From Pelomyxa schiedti (Eukaryota; Protista; Evosea), in contig JAHLWZ010000953.1 of the NCBI GenBank assembly GCA_020536535.1, forward strand, positions 1 to 38,891: a DNA stretch of 38,891 nucleotides. The letters are read 5' to 3'. Below are positions 38,302 to 38,891 of this stretch, in pieces (position 1 is the first letter of the stretch; each line of letters starts with the position of its first letter). Under the pieces are notes generated by a model. It ran no database searches. It saw only the letters and a list, made by a program, of their open reading frames with translations, and had not been told where the DNA came from. The translations under genes were made by a program, and so were the position numbers.

Positions 38302-38891
38302 GTTTTCTGGTCTATGAATCACAGATTTATCTTATTTCTGATGGTGAATAAAAAAACACCAGACCGCCGATCCTGTCTTTGCACACAGGCCCAGTGGCAT
38401 AAAAAGTTCTCCAGGGAGCACTAACATCTGTGTGAGGAGTGATGGGTGAAGGAGTAATCATCTGGTGTGATGATTGGGTGTTATAGGTTGTACAACTAAT
38501 TGTGGCCATACACAGTAACCTGCACATTCAAGCCAACAGACACTAATTGACCTACCTTATACACTCACAGTATTGTGTAAATAGTTAGTACAAAGTTGTG
38601 ATATAAAACATCTACCATACATAGAACAACAACACAATTCAGCCCACAACAACCCTTACCCATACCATGTATCTCACACGTGTTCCTAGTGGAAAGTGTC
38701 TTTTGGAAGGGGTGGAACACATAATGCTAATCACATTAACAAGGCAGTAGAAAACAATGAGTAAGCACAGGAGAACCCAAGATTTTTTTGGTTGCTCATT
38801 GAGGAACTTTTTACATATCAAAAAACAAATCTAATGGTGCCACTGGCACTGGTTTGGCACCTATACACTCGGTGCTTGTGGGCTCGGGACC

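Noticed and set aside
38327-38891. Short minus-strand ORFs that may be the 3' exons of an upstream gene
   Set aside because: Splice-like signals exist, but no product or consistent exon chain could be supported within the window.

Overview
Gene-dense, intron-rich eukaryotic DNA with short GT-AG introns (mostly about 40-110 nt) and GC-rich low-complexity gene ends. The gene content (CAR-type GPCR, CARMIL-like LRR protein, formate/nitrite channel) suggests an amoebozoan-like protist, which is an inference. Supported genes: a class I-like PI3-kinase with N-terminal C1 and PH domains, an F-box protein, an STK11IP-like LRR protein, the Trm7/FTSJ1 tRNA methyltransferase, a RING/AT-hook protein, a formate/nitrite transporter, a membrane dual-specificity phosphatase, a secreted glycoside-hydrolase-like protein, a PHO80-type cyclin, an uncharacterised protein, a RasGAP-CARMIL-like LRR protein and a cAMP-receptor-like GPCR. 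The main highlight is at 31223-38301 (minus strand). ORFs listed separately there splice in frame into one protein of about 2190 aa. It carries a T4 Rnl1-type RNA ligase, a HAD nucleotidase, a DEDD 3'-5' exonuclease, a 2H phosphoesterase, an R3H domain, a P-loop polynucleotide kinase and a viral-type AEP primase-polymerase, which makes it a candidate all-in-one RNA end-repair machine. The second highlight is a well-formed box H/ACA snoRNA candidate in a Trm7 intron. All domain calls come from motif recognition by eye; no searches were run.
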